Assembly: GCA_965285935.1 (NCBI GenBank)
Contig: OZ260662.1
Location: 109,430,001 to 109,494,000 of the forward strand
Direction: 5' to 3'
DNA: 64,000 bases
From: Ophelia neglecta
Lineage: Eukaryota
A program made the translations under genes and the position numbers. The first letter of the stretch is position 1, and each line of letters begins with the position of its first letter. The notes under the pieces are model-generated. The model saw nothing but the letters and a program-made list of their open reading frames with translations, had not been told where the DNA came from and searched no databases. This document shows, piece by piece, positions 14,484-28,106 of this stretch.

Positions 14484-15545
14484 ATGAATTCTACAATCGA
14501 GCCCACGGAATCCCTGAATCTGACAGAGAACTCTGAAGCGGACAAAAGACTCCTTGCCGTCGGAATCTTCCTGATGATATACGTCTATCCTGTGGTTATA
14601 ACGGTTGGCATCATTGGTAACTGTCTAACTGTAGCTGTCATGACGCGGAAGTCACTGAGATCGAGCTCCACCAGTCTGCACCTGATTGTTCTAGCTGTTT
14701 CAGACTCTATTTGCCTTGTGCTGGATACTCTGTACTATTGGATTTACAGCATCCATGGTATTAAATTGAGAACCAGCAGTGATGCAATGTGCAAAGGCAT
14801 CGCGTTTGTGCTGTTTTTGTGCAGTCATTACTCGGCGTGGATCCTTGTTAATATTACAATCGAGAGATTTGTGGCTGTAACCTTTCCTTTCAAAGCGGCA
14901 TTGCTTTTTACTAAACGAAAGGCCGCTTTGGGATTGCTTATTACCTTTGTAATACTGGCGGCTTTCAATGCAACAATACTGAAGTATTTTTCAGTACACC
15001 CTGTGGACGGGCAGATGGATTGTGGCTGGAGCGACCAATCGTCTGAACCATATTTTGAGCCAGTCGATACGGCCTTGTCGTCGGTTGGTCCGTCTGTGAT
15101 CATGGTCGCTCTTAACTTAGTTATTATCTACAAACTGCATACTTCAGTGGCTTTTCAAATACAATCTTCATCTAGTCATAACAACTATCAGAAGTCACTT
15201 ACCATTATGTTGCTATGCGTAAGTTTTGTTTTCATAATTTGCACCTGTCCAATTGATTTTATATTAATATATTATGAGAATAGTAGAAACGGAAGAGAAG
15301 AAATCCATGGAATACAACTATATGCTGTAACATTAATACTCTTTCTCCTTCAAAACGTCAACTATAGCGTGAATTTCTTTTTATACTGTCTGACCGGCAG
15401 TCGGTTTAGAAAAGAACTAAAAGACATGTTCTGTTCTTTGAGATGCAACTACGGCGATCGTAGTGCCACTCCGGGCGTGAAATCCTTATCTGCTAAAGTA
15501 CATGTTCAAAATTCACAGCTTACCAAAAAGGAAACGAATAATTAA
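14484..15545 (+). CDS. Class A (rhodopsin-like) GPCR 'A', FMRFamide-receptor-like, single coding exon
   Basis: Seven hydrophobic segments with GIIGN (TM1), LAVSD (TM2), C...IERF (TM3), CTCP (TM6) and NYSVNFFLYCLTGSRFR (TM7/helix 8), plus N-terminal NxS/T sites. First ATG at 14484. Confidence 0.95.
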   Translation: MNSTIEPTESLNLTENSEADKRLLAVGIFLMIYVYPVVITVGIIGNCLTVAVMTRKSLRSSSTSLHLIVLAVSDSICLVLDTLYYWIYSIHGIKLRTSSDAMCKGIAFVLFLCSHYSAWILVNITIERFVAVTFPFKAALLFTKRKAALGLLITFVILAAFNATILKYFSVHPVDGQMDCGWSDQSSEPYFEPVDTALSSVGPSVIMVALNLVIIYKLHTSVAFQIQSSSSHNNYQKSLTIMLLCVSFVFIICTCPIDFILIYYENSRNGREEIHGIQLYAVTLILFLLQNVNYSVNFFLYCLTGSRFRKELKDMFCSLRCNYGDRSATPGVKSLSAKVHVQNSQLTKKETNN

Positions 15546-15789
15546 ACCATTCAATGTTTTGTTTCATAATAGCATTTATTATTAGCAACTTGTGGGTCTT
15601 TTAGCATAGACCTGTTTTTTTATTAACATATAACGAATACAATTCTACCTGAAACAGCAACAAATACATTGCGTCAGCTGCTCCACTTATGTGTGTATGG
15701 ACTGAATAATTAATGATATACCCAACTCAGTCACCAGCTACTCAGCAATTATCAGAATATTCATTCCATGTTACATACAAGGTGTAATA

Positions 15790-16052
15790 TATGCTATATA
15801 TAAGTATGCTTAAATATATTCGTACATATTTATGGATTTAAGGCTGGCTATATTAGCTGTTATTTACCCTTGCATTGCTTCTAGTAAATCTAATTATATT
15901 AGCCTACATGTAGATACGCTATATGTAAGTTTGTTGTATGCTTAAGTATATTTATACATATTTATGGATTTAAGGATGGCTATATTAGCTGTTATTTACC
16001 CTTGTTTTGCTTCTAGTAAATCTCATTATATTAACCTACATGTAGATACGCT
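15790..16052. repeat. About 130-bp tandem duplication
   Basis: Two copies of ...GTATGCTTAA...GGATTTAAGG(C/A)TGGCTATATTAGCTG...CCTACATGTAGATACGCTA. The same duplication is present in the paralogous block at about 58525-58793. Confidence 0.85.
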
Positions 16053-16550
16053 AAGAACCAGAAACCTGCATCTGAAGCCAAGTTCACTACGAATTAACCA
16101 ACTGTTAGCAATTAATATTTTTGTGATTAATATGTAGGAGTTTTTTGAGAAAAAGAAGTAATTTATTTATAGTAATACTTTTCATATCAACACGCTTGTC
16201 GCTTTATCAAAATGGTAAATTAAACTTTAATAAATAAGATACTTGATTTTAGACAATATCATTGTTTTTGGTATTTTTAACTGAAAAAAACAACCCCCTG
16301 CTCTCATAGGCTTAATTGAAGTCTTACTGCTTATTTGCTATTAATGTTTATTGTACCATGCCATTATATGTTTTGTGTCGTTATAAGCCCAAAATCCAAA
16401 TCAATTATTATATGTATGTGGAACGATTTCGTGGCCTCCTTAACATAAATCGCCATTACTACTAATCAATATTACCATACTAAAACAAAAAGGTATTGTC
16501 TGTTTGTGTGCATTGCGGACGGTGGCAATGGCATATTACAAATAAGCAGA

Positions 16551-19500
16551 TTGGTTTAAACATATTTATTTTCAATATTTTGGATTTTACAGAAGCTTAG
16601 CTTAAAAATCTCCAAAAGGTCATAATATACAAAAATATACACAGAGCGCATGTTGTGAAGGTAAATGGGTGAGATGGTAGTGAGATGATTGAGGTGATGA
16701 ATCAGTCCCACAATAAGATAATCAGACAGTCAGGCTGTCAAGCGAAAATAAAAGGAAAAGAGAAAATGAAAAAGAAAACCCCAAACACCGGCCACGTAGA
16801 CAACCCGATTAGTGGAGAAATCTATTAGATTTGACGATGTAACCATCAATTGTTTTAGATAAATCTTCATACATGCTTTTATTATCACAATATAAAATAG
16901 TAGACATGTATTTTTCACGCGGTACAGATATATCATTTGAAAATTTTAGCAGTGGATTACGCAAAACGGAATGAGCATCACAAGTAAAGAAATAATGAAC
17001 TAGCGTTTTGTTATCGGTACCACAGTGACATACAGGAGAGCTGATACAGTGGTTTTCATAAAGATGATAATTAAGGCATGAGCAGTTTTGCGTGACCCCA
17101 TAAAGTAATACTTCGGAGGCTTCTTACATTTTTCCCGTATCAACGAGTTAAACGTGGATTTCCGACCTAAATTACGAGTAGTCAATGGAAGCCTGTTCCA
17201 ATCGCAGATGGTTTTATGAAAGAAAAAAAATTTGTAATTTTGAGTGCGACAGAAAGGTAGTGGCACATATTCCTCAAAAATTCTCCTAGTGGGATAGGAG
17301 TGGCTAATAAGTGGGGGAATGTGGTTCCGGAGCTGAGCAGGAGTATTGTCAAATAACTTGAGAAGGCGAGACGCTTTACGGCGTGCACGAAGAGATTCCC
17401 ACCCCACTTCCTGTAGAAGAGCATCATGAGAAGTGCCCTTACGGGCACCACAGACAATACGGGCTGTATATCGAGCAGTTCAGCAGAAGCATTATCAAAA
17501 AGTATTGACCCATATTCAAGTAGGGGCTTAACATATGACTTGTAAGCCATGTCGAGGCCTTTGCGAGACATTTTATATTTAACAGATTTAAGAATATTAA
17601 GCCTAGAAGAAGCTTTTTTGGCAATAAGCAGGATGTGTTCCTCCAAGTTATTGGTTAATAAAGCACCTAAGTGGGAATGGGAAAAAGACTTGATGATTTT
17701 GTCAGAACCAAGGAAAAGATTTAGTTCATAGTTAACAGAGCGGCGGTGACGAGAATACAGGATGTATGTAGTCTTTTTGGTGCTGATGGAAACCTTCCAA
17801 GTGTTGCACCAGGCTTTAATATAAGCAAAATCCGCATTGACACGAACAAGCGAAGACGCAATATTGTCAAGTTTTACTTTGGCAAAGAGCGACGTGTCAT
17901 CCGCAAAAAGGTAAGCTAAATTTGATATCTCCAGTACGATGTCTTTATGTATACTAGAAAAAGTAGGGGCCCCAGGACGGACCCCTGGGGAACCCCCACA
18001 GGAACCAATTTGTAGGACGAGGATCCGCCAGGTAAAAGGTAGTGCTAGTTATATCTCTTCAACCTGTAAATTAGGCCTTTGTGCCATACTTTATCGAATG
18101 CCTTTGTAAAGTCAATGAAGATTCCAATAATTGAATCGCCCAAATCCAATGTTCTGTGTAAATTCTCACATATGTCGAGAAGTTGATTAATAGTTGAATC
18201 ATTATGAATGAATCCCGCTTGATTAGGCACAAGGGTATTTTGGGTTTTTAAGTTAGAGTATAGGTGATTGAACATCAAACGTTCAAAGACTTTAGACAGG
18301 CAAGGCAAAAGTGAAATTGGGCGGTAATTATTACAGTCATGGATATCACCTTTTTTTTATGTAACGGAATAACATCTGCTTGCTTCCAGCACGAGGGAAA
18401 TTAACACTGCACTAAAGATATATTAAACAAACATGAAAGTGGATCAGGAAGAGGGAGAGCGGCCTCGCGAAGAAGATAGTTGCTTAATTTATCAGCACCA
18501 GTCGCTTTAGAAGTATTTAAGTTTTTGAGAACATTATATACCTCAAGAGCTGATATTATTTTTGAATCGATGCTGTCAGGAGAGATTAGAATTGGTTCAC
18601 TAGGAACTTCATCACTACTTCCGTTGTCAATTGTTGACTGCTCTATAAAAAAATCGTTGAAAATGATTAGGGTCAGAAATAATATTGTCACCTTGGTGCA
18701 AAGCAGGGGAAGAAAAGGAGGAAGAAGTCTTAATTATAGCCTTCATAAGTCGCCTCCAGTTTGGAGATGAAATGTTACTAGAAATGGCTATTTCATCTGT
18801 CGAGGCGTCAAGATTAGCTTTAGCCTCGCGCACAAGGTCAGTGACATGGTTACGGGCAGTGTTGTATCGGGTAGTACGATGAATACTAATATTTCTGGAT
18901 TTATGAAGGCGATCGCGTCTTGCCATGGCACGTCAAACAACGGAGTTCATCAAGGGCTTATCCGAGGGTCTTATAACAACCTCGCGGTGTGGAAAGCAAT
19001 GCTCTGCGATTTGTAGCAAAGTAATAGTAAAGTTTTCAGTAATATCGTCGATGTCACAGAGAGAAAGTACCAAATCCCAAGGGGCCGAGAACAAAAGATC
19101 CTGATAGATTTCGTGATTGCCGTTTTGGAAATCCCATATTTCCCGTTTAAATGCTCGAGGTTTGCGCACGGCATGAAACATTTCAACAAAAATTGGGAGA
19201 TGGTCACAGTTATCTACCATACGTGGTAGAGTACCGCTGGATATCGAAGGACCGGTAGAGTTAATAAATATATGGTCGAGGCAGGCCTAGGAGTGAGTGT
19301 CACTACGGGTTACTTCATGTATAACTTGTGAGAAACCTCGTTGGCTGTAAAAGGCATGTACTAGACGGCCGTCAGCATTAGTACTATCTGACGGAAGCCA
19401 GAGTTCATGTTTAGCATTGGTATCCCCAATAAAGACCAAAATTGCGTGACTTTCGGAGGCCGAGTCTATGATTTCGTCTATACCAGTAAGAAAAAGAAGA

Positions 19501-19685
19501 CAATCTTCAGAAGGTGGTCTATAGTAAAAGCACAGCAAAACCAGGGAATTTTGAACTTTGGTACTTATACAAACATTAGTGACTAAATTAGACTCTACTG
19601 CTTTCATCCGTTTGCCTTTAAAAGATTCAGATCGATAAACAGCGAGACAGCCTCCAACCCCCTCGCGATCCCGTCGGAATGGCGG
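16551..19685 (-). mobile_element. 5'-truncated, degenerate non-LTR retrotransposon (CR1/L2-group LINE; APE endonuclease + RT)
   Basis: Fragmented ORF2. Endonuclease motifs RRDR..GG, YYRPP, GDTNAKH, CLDHIFIN. RT motifs [49 protein letters not shown]. 3' tail AATAAATATGTTTAAACCAA. An empty site is visible at about 59285. Confidence 0.93.
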
Positions 19686-20919
19686 ATTAATCGAGCAGGT
19701 TTCTAATGTCAGTAGCAGGGCTAGCCTATACACATTCACTATATCAAATATTATCACAAATAGATATGGGGCGATGTAGGTGGATGTTCGTGGCGACCAG
19801 TTAACGGACAGTGGTATTACCAAAATATTCACAGTCGAAAACCGTCGAGCTGGTGAAGATTAACTTAGTGCAATACCACAGTTGATCAATTTGTTTAATT
19901 AACAAAATATATATTTCGTCCCCCTGTAGGCTCATTTTAGAACCAATTAATCGCCCATTTAGATGAATACACTTGTGCTTGTAGTATCTGTAGCTAGTGC
20001 CATTTTACATTTAGGTTTTTTTTAATCTATTTGCTTTCAATGAAAAAAAAGGTGAACGCATTTGTAGATTATTACTAATAAGACTTAGGGTCGTTTCCGT
20101 GCAACGGAAAAAGATTGTGAACGCATTTTTGTAGACTAGAATACGTGTTATATTTTATTCATATACAATGATATTAATTACGCATAGGATAAGGCGTCCA
20201 AACGAAATGTACCCAATGGCATTGTGTGCTCTCAGGTTTAAATAACCTATCCATACTGCCATATTTTAACATTTATTTATTGGTGAGTAACACGAATGCA
20301 TTAAATATGCTTCCTTTGACTTGGATGGTGCTTGCAGACCAATATATAATATACATTTACCGAATTGCATTTTGTTCGAAATTTTTCATCGGGCGACATT
20401 ATTAGTAGAACCAACGTCTATTCTGCTTGTCTTTTGATTTGCAGGAATTGGAATAAGGAGTGAGGATGAGCCATGGATTCTAATACTAAGCTGATCCCAC
20501 AATTTGACATTGGTCACATGCATGATGTACTGTTGGTCCTTATTTTATTCATATTATAAAACGCAAATGATGAGCTGTTAATGTATATATATTATATATT
20601 CATAAATACTAATACGTTACTTTGTCCCCGTTACTTTGTCCCCCATATCGGACAAGGAGTGGATGTAAGTCATCTACCCCCCCCCCTTTTCCCTGTTAGT
20701 CAACATTTGTTGTTTTAAAGTCGCCCAAAGTACGAAATACCTCCCAGAGGGTCCCTATTGTTATTGGCTGACAATTGGACGCTTTCAACTATGGTACTAC
20801 CAGCACATTTTTACATTTTTGCATCTCAAACTGATATTATACACAGGAATTGAGCAAAGACTACTCTCTGTTGGAGACATAGGGGCGAAGCACTTCTACC
20901 CGGCTTTTGAATCAGTCCG

Positions 20920-21075
20920 CAGCACTGGGAACTGTTTATCTGTTGTTTGTCTGTTGTCTATTTTTATGTAGCCACTTTTCCGCGTGGATCCTTGTTAAAA
21001 TAACAATCGAGAGATTTGTGGCATTTCCTTTCAGAGGCAGTCCTCTTAACCAGACGAAGGGCCGGTTGAGATTTG
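20920..21075 (+). pseudogene. GPCR TM3-ICL2 fragment
   Basis: FLCSHFSAWILVKITIERFVA is near-identical to TM3 of GPCR A. The flanking coding sequence is lost. Confidence 0.8.
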
Positions 21076-22420
21076 AGTATTGGTGGCTGCTCATTTCGAG
21101 CATACAACCTGCGGTGTCAATTTGTTGTTAGCAGTACGCATTGGCGTGCTGTCGTTAAAATGAGTTGATTGGGTTAGGTCCTAATGTAGGATGCATTAGG
21201 GGTAAATGAGGGTGTTTGTATAATAAGTAGAAAGGAATAAAACACCTTCTTTAAATTGGTTTGTATGGGACTAATGGTAGAAAGAACTATTGAGTAAACA
21301 AGGTCTATTTAAACTTGCAATCGACAAACATGTTGGGCTTCGCACTTTTACCAAGATTGACACGCATGTTGTCAAACAAACGAACATGGTAGGCACCAGG
21401 GAGTAAATTTTCGTGTGACTCGTGGATTGAGCAATACCAGAGGACAATATCTCATGTCGAAAATCTGACAGAACCTCCTGCTATGATACACCACTTTTGC
21501 CTGCGGACTTGTCATCTTACTCGACGAAATGTGGATGCTAAAAAGACTAACCATCATAAACGTGTAATGCCATATAATAACGCGGATGTTCTTTCTTCTT
21601 CATGAGAACTAATCATATTTCTTTTACTACTTATCACAGAAATGAAGAAATATCTGCTGTTTTCTAAACAATATTTTTGACAATAGTTTTATGATTTGTC
21701 CTATTAATTTTTTTGCGTTATAACCCAGATATCGTTCAGCAGACAAAACAGCGCCCTTATACTGACAAGCACTCACACAGAGATAAACATATCAATACGA
21801 ATTAACAATGATATTCGCTCATACCATGACATTGGATATCATTACTTTTTAATATTGGGCTTCTCGTGATTAACATATGGCGAATCAATGATTGAACCTG
21901 CACTTTATACTAATCGCACTTTTAAAATAAGACAACAGTTCAGTTCTTATCTATCGAACAAGAGCATTTTGGGCGTTCGCATCTACGGTTTGACCTTAGA
22001 AATGCAACTCAAAGGTAGGCATTGTGCAACACGATTCAATTCAATTCAAAGATGTTGTATTGTGATGAATAATAAAAATACACCATTTATGCAAGATACA
22101 TCTTAAAATATCCCTAGGATACCAAGACCTACGGGACGTAATAAACCAATGTTTGCGACAAGGAAAACGTAATAAGCCAGGGCTTTCAAACCTTTCAAAT
22201 AGGTATTTCTTGTGTACAATATAATACATTGTACGGTATAATAATAGTAATAATAATAAAGTATGTAATTCTAAAGGGAACTGGGCACAAGGGTGCATGT
22301 GTTCCATCATTAGTGACATTATATTGATATAGGTATATAATATCGATCAGTATATTATAGACATATTCCTGCAATACTCAGGGTTTCAACTATTGCATGT
22401 CGCCCGGCCTTTTATAGGTT

Positions 22421-23437
22421 TTATAAGCGTGATATTGTGGTCAACGAGGGGTGTGAAGTTACATTGGCTTGCCTTTTTCTTGGTGCGCAAAACATTGTTT
22501 TCATTTCTCTCCTAAATCTACTTCCCGTCAGACAATACATATAAAAGTTTACACTGTAATTGATGGACAGTAATAAATTACTAACATCATAAATGATTAA
22601 CAATTCGTTTTCATATTTAACCAAGTCTGCCGATGCAGCATTCATTCTATATAACCACAAACAAGTAAAGGGGAGGGTGCACAATATGAAAACAAAGCTC
22701 ACACACAACACTGTGACTGTCACGGATTTCTGATGATTGTTCTGTCCAGGTGAGTACTGTTCTGTGAATGCCTTTGAAATATGAAGCTTATATATAATAA
22801 CCAAATTTAATGATATAATTATTATTGAAGGGAAGAGTGACAATATACATAGATCCAATGCCGCGACCAACCTGCCTGCCTTTAGATTACTCCAAATGCA
22901 TATCTCATCGTATCCAGTCTGGGTCTTCAGCGACGAAAACACCAACACGGGTAGATCAATCACAGCAAGTACGGCAAAACTAATGATTAGTCCACAAGTG
23001 ACTTTTGATTTTGTGTATAGCCGAGCAGCCTTGAGTGGAAATACAACAGCGACACATCTTTCTACTGTTATACTCACAAGAATCCACGAAGAAAAATGAG
23101 TAAATAAAAACATCAAATATGACATAAGTTTGCAAAGTGCTATACTAGTAACTCTCCAGTCAATTGTAAAAGTAAGGAACAGCCAACTATGTAGCATGGA
23201 GATCACTAGGTTTATCGTGTCTGTAATTGCCAGGAATATTAAATGCAAACTGATCGAGGCCGATCTCAGGGATTTTCTCATCATTACCGCGGCAAACAAA
23301 GAGTTACCAATGACACCAACCACAACAACGACTGGCAATACATAGCGTGTCAGGCTCATCCTATATGTGGGGCTGGTCTCTTGTTCAGTGGATCCTGTAG
23401 AATTTCCAAACTCTGTTGGAGTGACCGTAGAATCCAT
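22421..23437 (-). CDS. Class A GPCR 'B', FMRFamide-receptor-like
   Basis: 338-aa ORF with 7TM: GVIGN, LAITD, VERC, CTLP, NYSVNFYMYCLTGSRFR. Confidence 0.95.
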   Translation of the reverse strand: MDSTVTPTEFGNSTGSTEQETSPTYRMSLTRYVLPVVVVVGVIGNSLFAAVMMRKSLRSASISLHLIFLAITDTINLVISMLHSWLFLTFTIDWRVTSIALCKLMSYLMFLFTHFSSWILVSITVERCVAVVFPLKAARLYTKSKVTCGLIISFAVLAVIDLPVLVFSSLKTQTGYDEICIWSNLKAGRLVAALDLCILSLFPSIIIISLNLVIIYKLHISKAFTEQYSPGQNNHQKSVTVTVLCVSFVFILCTLPFTCLWLYRMNAASADLVKYENELLIIYDVSNLLLSINYSVNFYMYCLTGSRFRREMKTMFCAPRKRQANVTSHPSLTTISRL

Positions 23438-24958
23438 TGTAACACAAAATATAGTATTCCTTACGCGTACCGCTATTCTAAAGTACTTACAGCTAAATGT
23501 TATTATTGCATACAGTCACACGTTGGCACGGTGACTCCGATCCCTTTGCAGTGTTAGCTGTTAATAATGATCCCAATGAAAGAGCTAACTAATGCTAGTA
23601 AATGGTCAAACGATACAACGGAAATGTATCATCTTCTTGCGAGGCTAACTAAATGAGTATTTACTTTGTTAAGGGATCAATACCTAGGACATTGTTTGAT
23701 GCATTCAAAGCTAAACACTATAACTATCGTGTGTGCATTAGACGTTGAGCAAATGTGTTCCTTATCTGCTCTCAAACAAAATGTCCGCTGCTTTCAACAT
23801 CCAACACCTAGGATATTGGGACACAACATCGAGCAATAATATACACGGTACATGTACTTTGTATTATCACCAAAGGTTGACCTGACGATTACACATCTAG
23901 CAGAACTATTCAAAATGCCTGCTTATTTTGTTGTTTGGCTATTCACACCACTTTCGGCTTCAGGCATACCTGTTTATAGGCGCGTTTATGTACCACACCG
24001 TAGGCCGAGTCAAGTCATGGTGTAATTGATCGTATCCATGGTCCAGAAAGCAGGGTATATGAGGGCAAACGGGGTCCTGGATCGTCTTTACACATAATTG
24101 TGGACACAATTCATGCATGTTTGTTTTCGATCACACAATCTGCGATACAAAGCTTGACAGGTTCAAACTAATACAGGGGGCTGATCCATTCGTCGATGCA
24201 TCATGTGAAATTTCCCACATTTGTTGAAGTGAACATGGACTAAGAAACGCTGTCGAGGTTATAGGTTCGCATTTAAGATGCTTGTTTATCTTCATTACTT
24301 TATTTCGCTGTATTAAACAAGACAACTGGCCCAACTAATAGATAAGGTTAAATTCATAACATATTGGCCTTGGTAAAGCAAGCGCATGCGCTTAATGGAT
24401 TATGCAGTTGTTGAGTTAGCTTGCGCCCATGCAAAGTTTCCTCATATCACTGACGCGTGGTTAAAATACTACTGACTGCTCGTCCCAAAGATCAATAGAT
24501 TATGCTCAGAGGTCGCCAACAATGTACAAAAGGCAAAAATTAAAAATTTTTAATGGGGCTAACCTGGTGTTGAATTCAGTCTCGAAGCATAACACGTCGA
24601 ACGATAACCGCCTCCCATAGGTACAGAACTTTAGATCGATAATAGATAGGATTCGAATACTCATAAAAAACGGGTTTAAAGCAGGTTTAAACTCGAAAGT
24701 ATGTTGCCATGTTTTCAGTCAGGCGGTCTAGCAACTAAGTGATGACCAATGCTCACTTGTTTTATTCAACAGGCCAGTGAATCAGATTTTACATATTCTA
24801 TGCTGTAGCCGAACTCCACCACATGATGAAAGATTATCAGTCCTCACTAAGTTTATTATTACCCGGGCTCTCCGATGTCCTGAACCTATTTATGTGAGGA
24901 ATATGTCCATATGTGATCGTCAGATCAACCCAAAGTACCAAACCGATTAACCTGAAAT

Positions 24959-25177
24959 GGCTTTTGATTACAAGGGGAAGCGCGGAGCCTTGCGGAGGTA
25001 AATCCCGAAATCAGAATAGAGCACTAGACATATTAAACTTGTCCCTAACCCTTCTCCTAACCCTGAAAATTAATCCTCAGCCCTAACCCTAGCCTTGCTG
25101 ACGCCATTTTGCTTCCTGTCACTCTGAAATACCCATGACATTCGCGTCCGCATAGCTTCCGCACGTCCGCGTTTAAT
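24959..25177 (+). mobile_element. Short dispersed element with CCCTAA motifs (same family as 8926-9124)
   Basis: Absent from the paralogous site at about 55835 (GGAAATCTACATTAC), which defines the insertion. Confidence 0.8.
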
Positions 25178-25541
25178 CTACATTACACGACTTTGCTCTC
25201 TCTAATCCGCAGGCGCTGATCTAGCGACACTTATGGACTTCGTTTGCAAGCATATAAACACCCATTTGCTATACCTACAATGAACTGACACTGACAAATA
25301 GATCGTATTGCAAACATTAAGGCCATTATTTCTTTACGAAGAATTTTCCGTACAGCAGAAGTAGCCATCTATCGAGACTATCGATCGTCCCTTTGACAAC
25401 CATAATGTAGTTTCTTTAATTTGAACCTGCCTCTAACAACTTTCATATTAAATTTGTTCAAGTTAATGCGTGGTTAATATGCACACATGATTGCATATTT
25501 TAGCGATACTCATCATAGGGTGGACTGTATTTTGTTTTTCA

Positions 25542-26507
25542 ATGGAGTCCATGATAATTCCAACAATTTTTGACAATTCCACACGATCCACTGAAGAAGG
25601 GGCTAGTGCCAGATACATCAGGATGGGCTTTATGCATTATGTCTAGCCCTTCGTTGTAGTGTGTGGCATCATTGGTAACGCGCTGGCGATAGAAATGATG
25701 AGACAAACTCCAACACCGACCAGTTTGTATATGGTAAGGCTAGCCTATTCTAAAACTTTAACCCTAGTGCTATCCGTACTGGACAATAAGCTGCCCTCTG
25801 TGTTTTCATTGATATTAAAGCATCGAGTATGACAACGTGCAGGGAAATGACATATTTTATTTCTTTGTTCTCTCATATTTCGTCTTGGATTCTTGTACAA
25901 TACTACTATAGAAAGTTGCGTTTTATTTAAAGCAGGTCAGGGTTTTAGCAAACATAAATAAGCACCTATTGAACTTTTTTCGCCGTGCATGCTGTTGTTT
26001 ATGTCTACGTGGTAGTATTCACGCCGCTCTGATCTCTAATTGGAAATATTATTTGCAATTGGAAAAATCACATGTTTCAAGGATTGTTGGAGGCATTATA
26101 ACCCTGTATGCTGTTATTCTGCCCACCAGTTATTGGGAAATAATGATTATCATAGTTTAAAATGTTTTCATTGTGTAGAGACGTCATATGGCTAAGCAAT
26201 GCAAGCACAATCTGCCTCTGGGGAGACCATCTATCAGAAATCACTGTCAGCCACCTTCATGTTAATAGGCGTTGTATACATGCTATGTACACAGCACATT
26301 ATATGCGCACTGCTCTGTATAACGAATGCTGCCCCAACCGAACTGGTTAGATATAAACTGTAATTGCCACTTGTGGTGGATGCAGGTAAATTATTGCCCT
26401 CTTTTAATTACACTGTGCGTTTTTTCCTGTGTGGCCTGAGAGGAAATATATTTAGAAGAGAGCTGAAAGCCATGCTGTGTGCACCAAAACTAAGTAATTC
26501 AATGTAA
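25542..26507 (+). pseudogene. GPCR pseudogene 'C'
   Basis: Pieces in several frames: MESMIIPT, VVVCGIIGNALAI, TSLYMVRLA, SHISSWILV, FNYTVRFFLCGLRGNIFRRELKAMLC. Contains stops and frameshifts. Confidence 0.85.
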
Positions 26508-28106
26508 ATGCGAACCCGACTTCGGTTACTACGTCTCGCTTATAACGAGCAAAATGAACAAATCATGTGACATTGGATGACCCTAACATAAACAGGCAAG
26601 TGGCTACGATCAACCCAAGGCTTTGGAAAGTACGCTATAGTCCAAAGATTAAACTAGTACATTATCTGTATTGTTTCTATCGAAATATACTTTTTCCCTT
26701 AAATCAGTTGATAATCACTAACACGACATATTGGCAACTGACTGATTTTGTCCGTACGCTGTAATCTATTGAATTGATTGTGTAAACACCAATTAAATAT
26801 CGTATATCGGTACGATTTATTTTCTCATCGATGAAACTATAGGAATTATTAGTGTTGGTTATCTTTGCTGATCTATGTATATTATCGTTATGTATTATTA
26901 TTTCGTTGTACTTTCTATTAACAAAAGGATTTAACTGCTAGTTAACTTATAAAACACGTTATTCACATTTGGGCTTGTTGCCAATGTTCTCATGTCTCAG
27001 GTGCTACACAGTGTATAAACCAATTACATGTATATTTCAAAATCTTACGCTGTAGTCACTTTAATTATAACAATAACCATACTACTTAATACTAAATGAA
27101 TGATAAAACGAGAATACAAATAAAACACATAGAATAGAGGCGGGTGGACGGGTCTAACGTCTTTATGACAAGATGGCGCATAGAATTAGCAAAACCAGGC
27201 TACGCTTGGGTTGCGTAGGGGAAGTGGGAAAAGTGGGCTATTGTTCGCTGACACCTTCTTGGGACCATGGGTAACCATGTATCGATCACTTGCTCTGTGG
27301 GCCATGAGTAAGGTGGATTATAGTGTTCTTTAGCTTCCAATGGTGTCTGAAGTGCAATCTCCCTACGCTGAGATAGACGCTTGCCGAATGTATTCTGAAG
27401 CATGTATGTAAGCATTCTATTCTGCCTGTATAAGAGCTCGGTGATTAATCTCCAGCCTCCCCTTACCCCTTCTAAAGGCCGCTAGCGACTTAAAGCTTCT
27501 AACAACGTATGCAGCACTAAACTGACCATTGTGGACAATTGGTAGAGTTCCAAACCCATATTTCATTCTGAATTGGGCGGGCTGGATTTCCAATCAATTC
27601 ATTTCTGTTATACCCCAGTTTACAAATACACAAATGTCCAATGCTTTCAACGCATTAAACAAACGAGCGCATTTGTGATTATTGCATCTGACATGAGAGC
27701 TTATGAGCAATCATTTAATTTGGCACCACGATCCTGATGTGGTTTGAAAGCACTTCTTAATCAAACAAGCTATTTGATGTTCGCTCCCGCTGCAACACAG
27801 CTTGGTCGAGACAAACGACACTATGATCAGAAAACTGCTCTGCAGTCTAGTATTGATTCGAACATTGTAACCGTTAAACATATCAAACAACCGACAATTT
27901 GTAGAGGGAGGCATATTTATACCACAAAATTGGCGCTTCCCGTCGAATCTGGCTGCTTTTGTGAATGAATTTATTCGTTTTTGTGTCCTATTTTTCCAGC
28001 AAGGAATCATTTCATACATCGCGAGGCAGCAATTGCTTTAGTTCAACATTGTTTCACAAACACAGACGACAATACAGCCTGGGACTTTCTACCAAAAGCT
28101 AATACC

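Noticed and set aside
14828-15103. ORFs antisense to the GPCR, TLR and NHL genes (e.g. 14828, 22896, 28043, 38271, 42095)
   Set aside because: They are shadow frames of real coding sequence.
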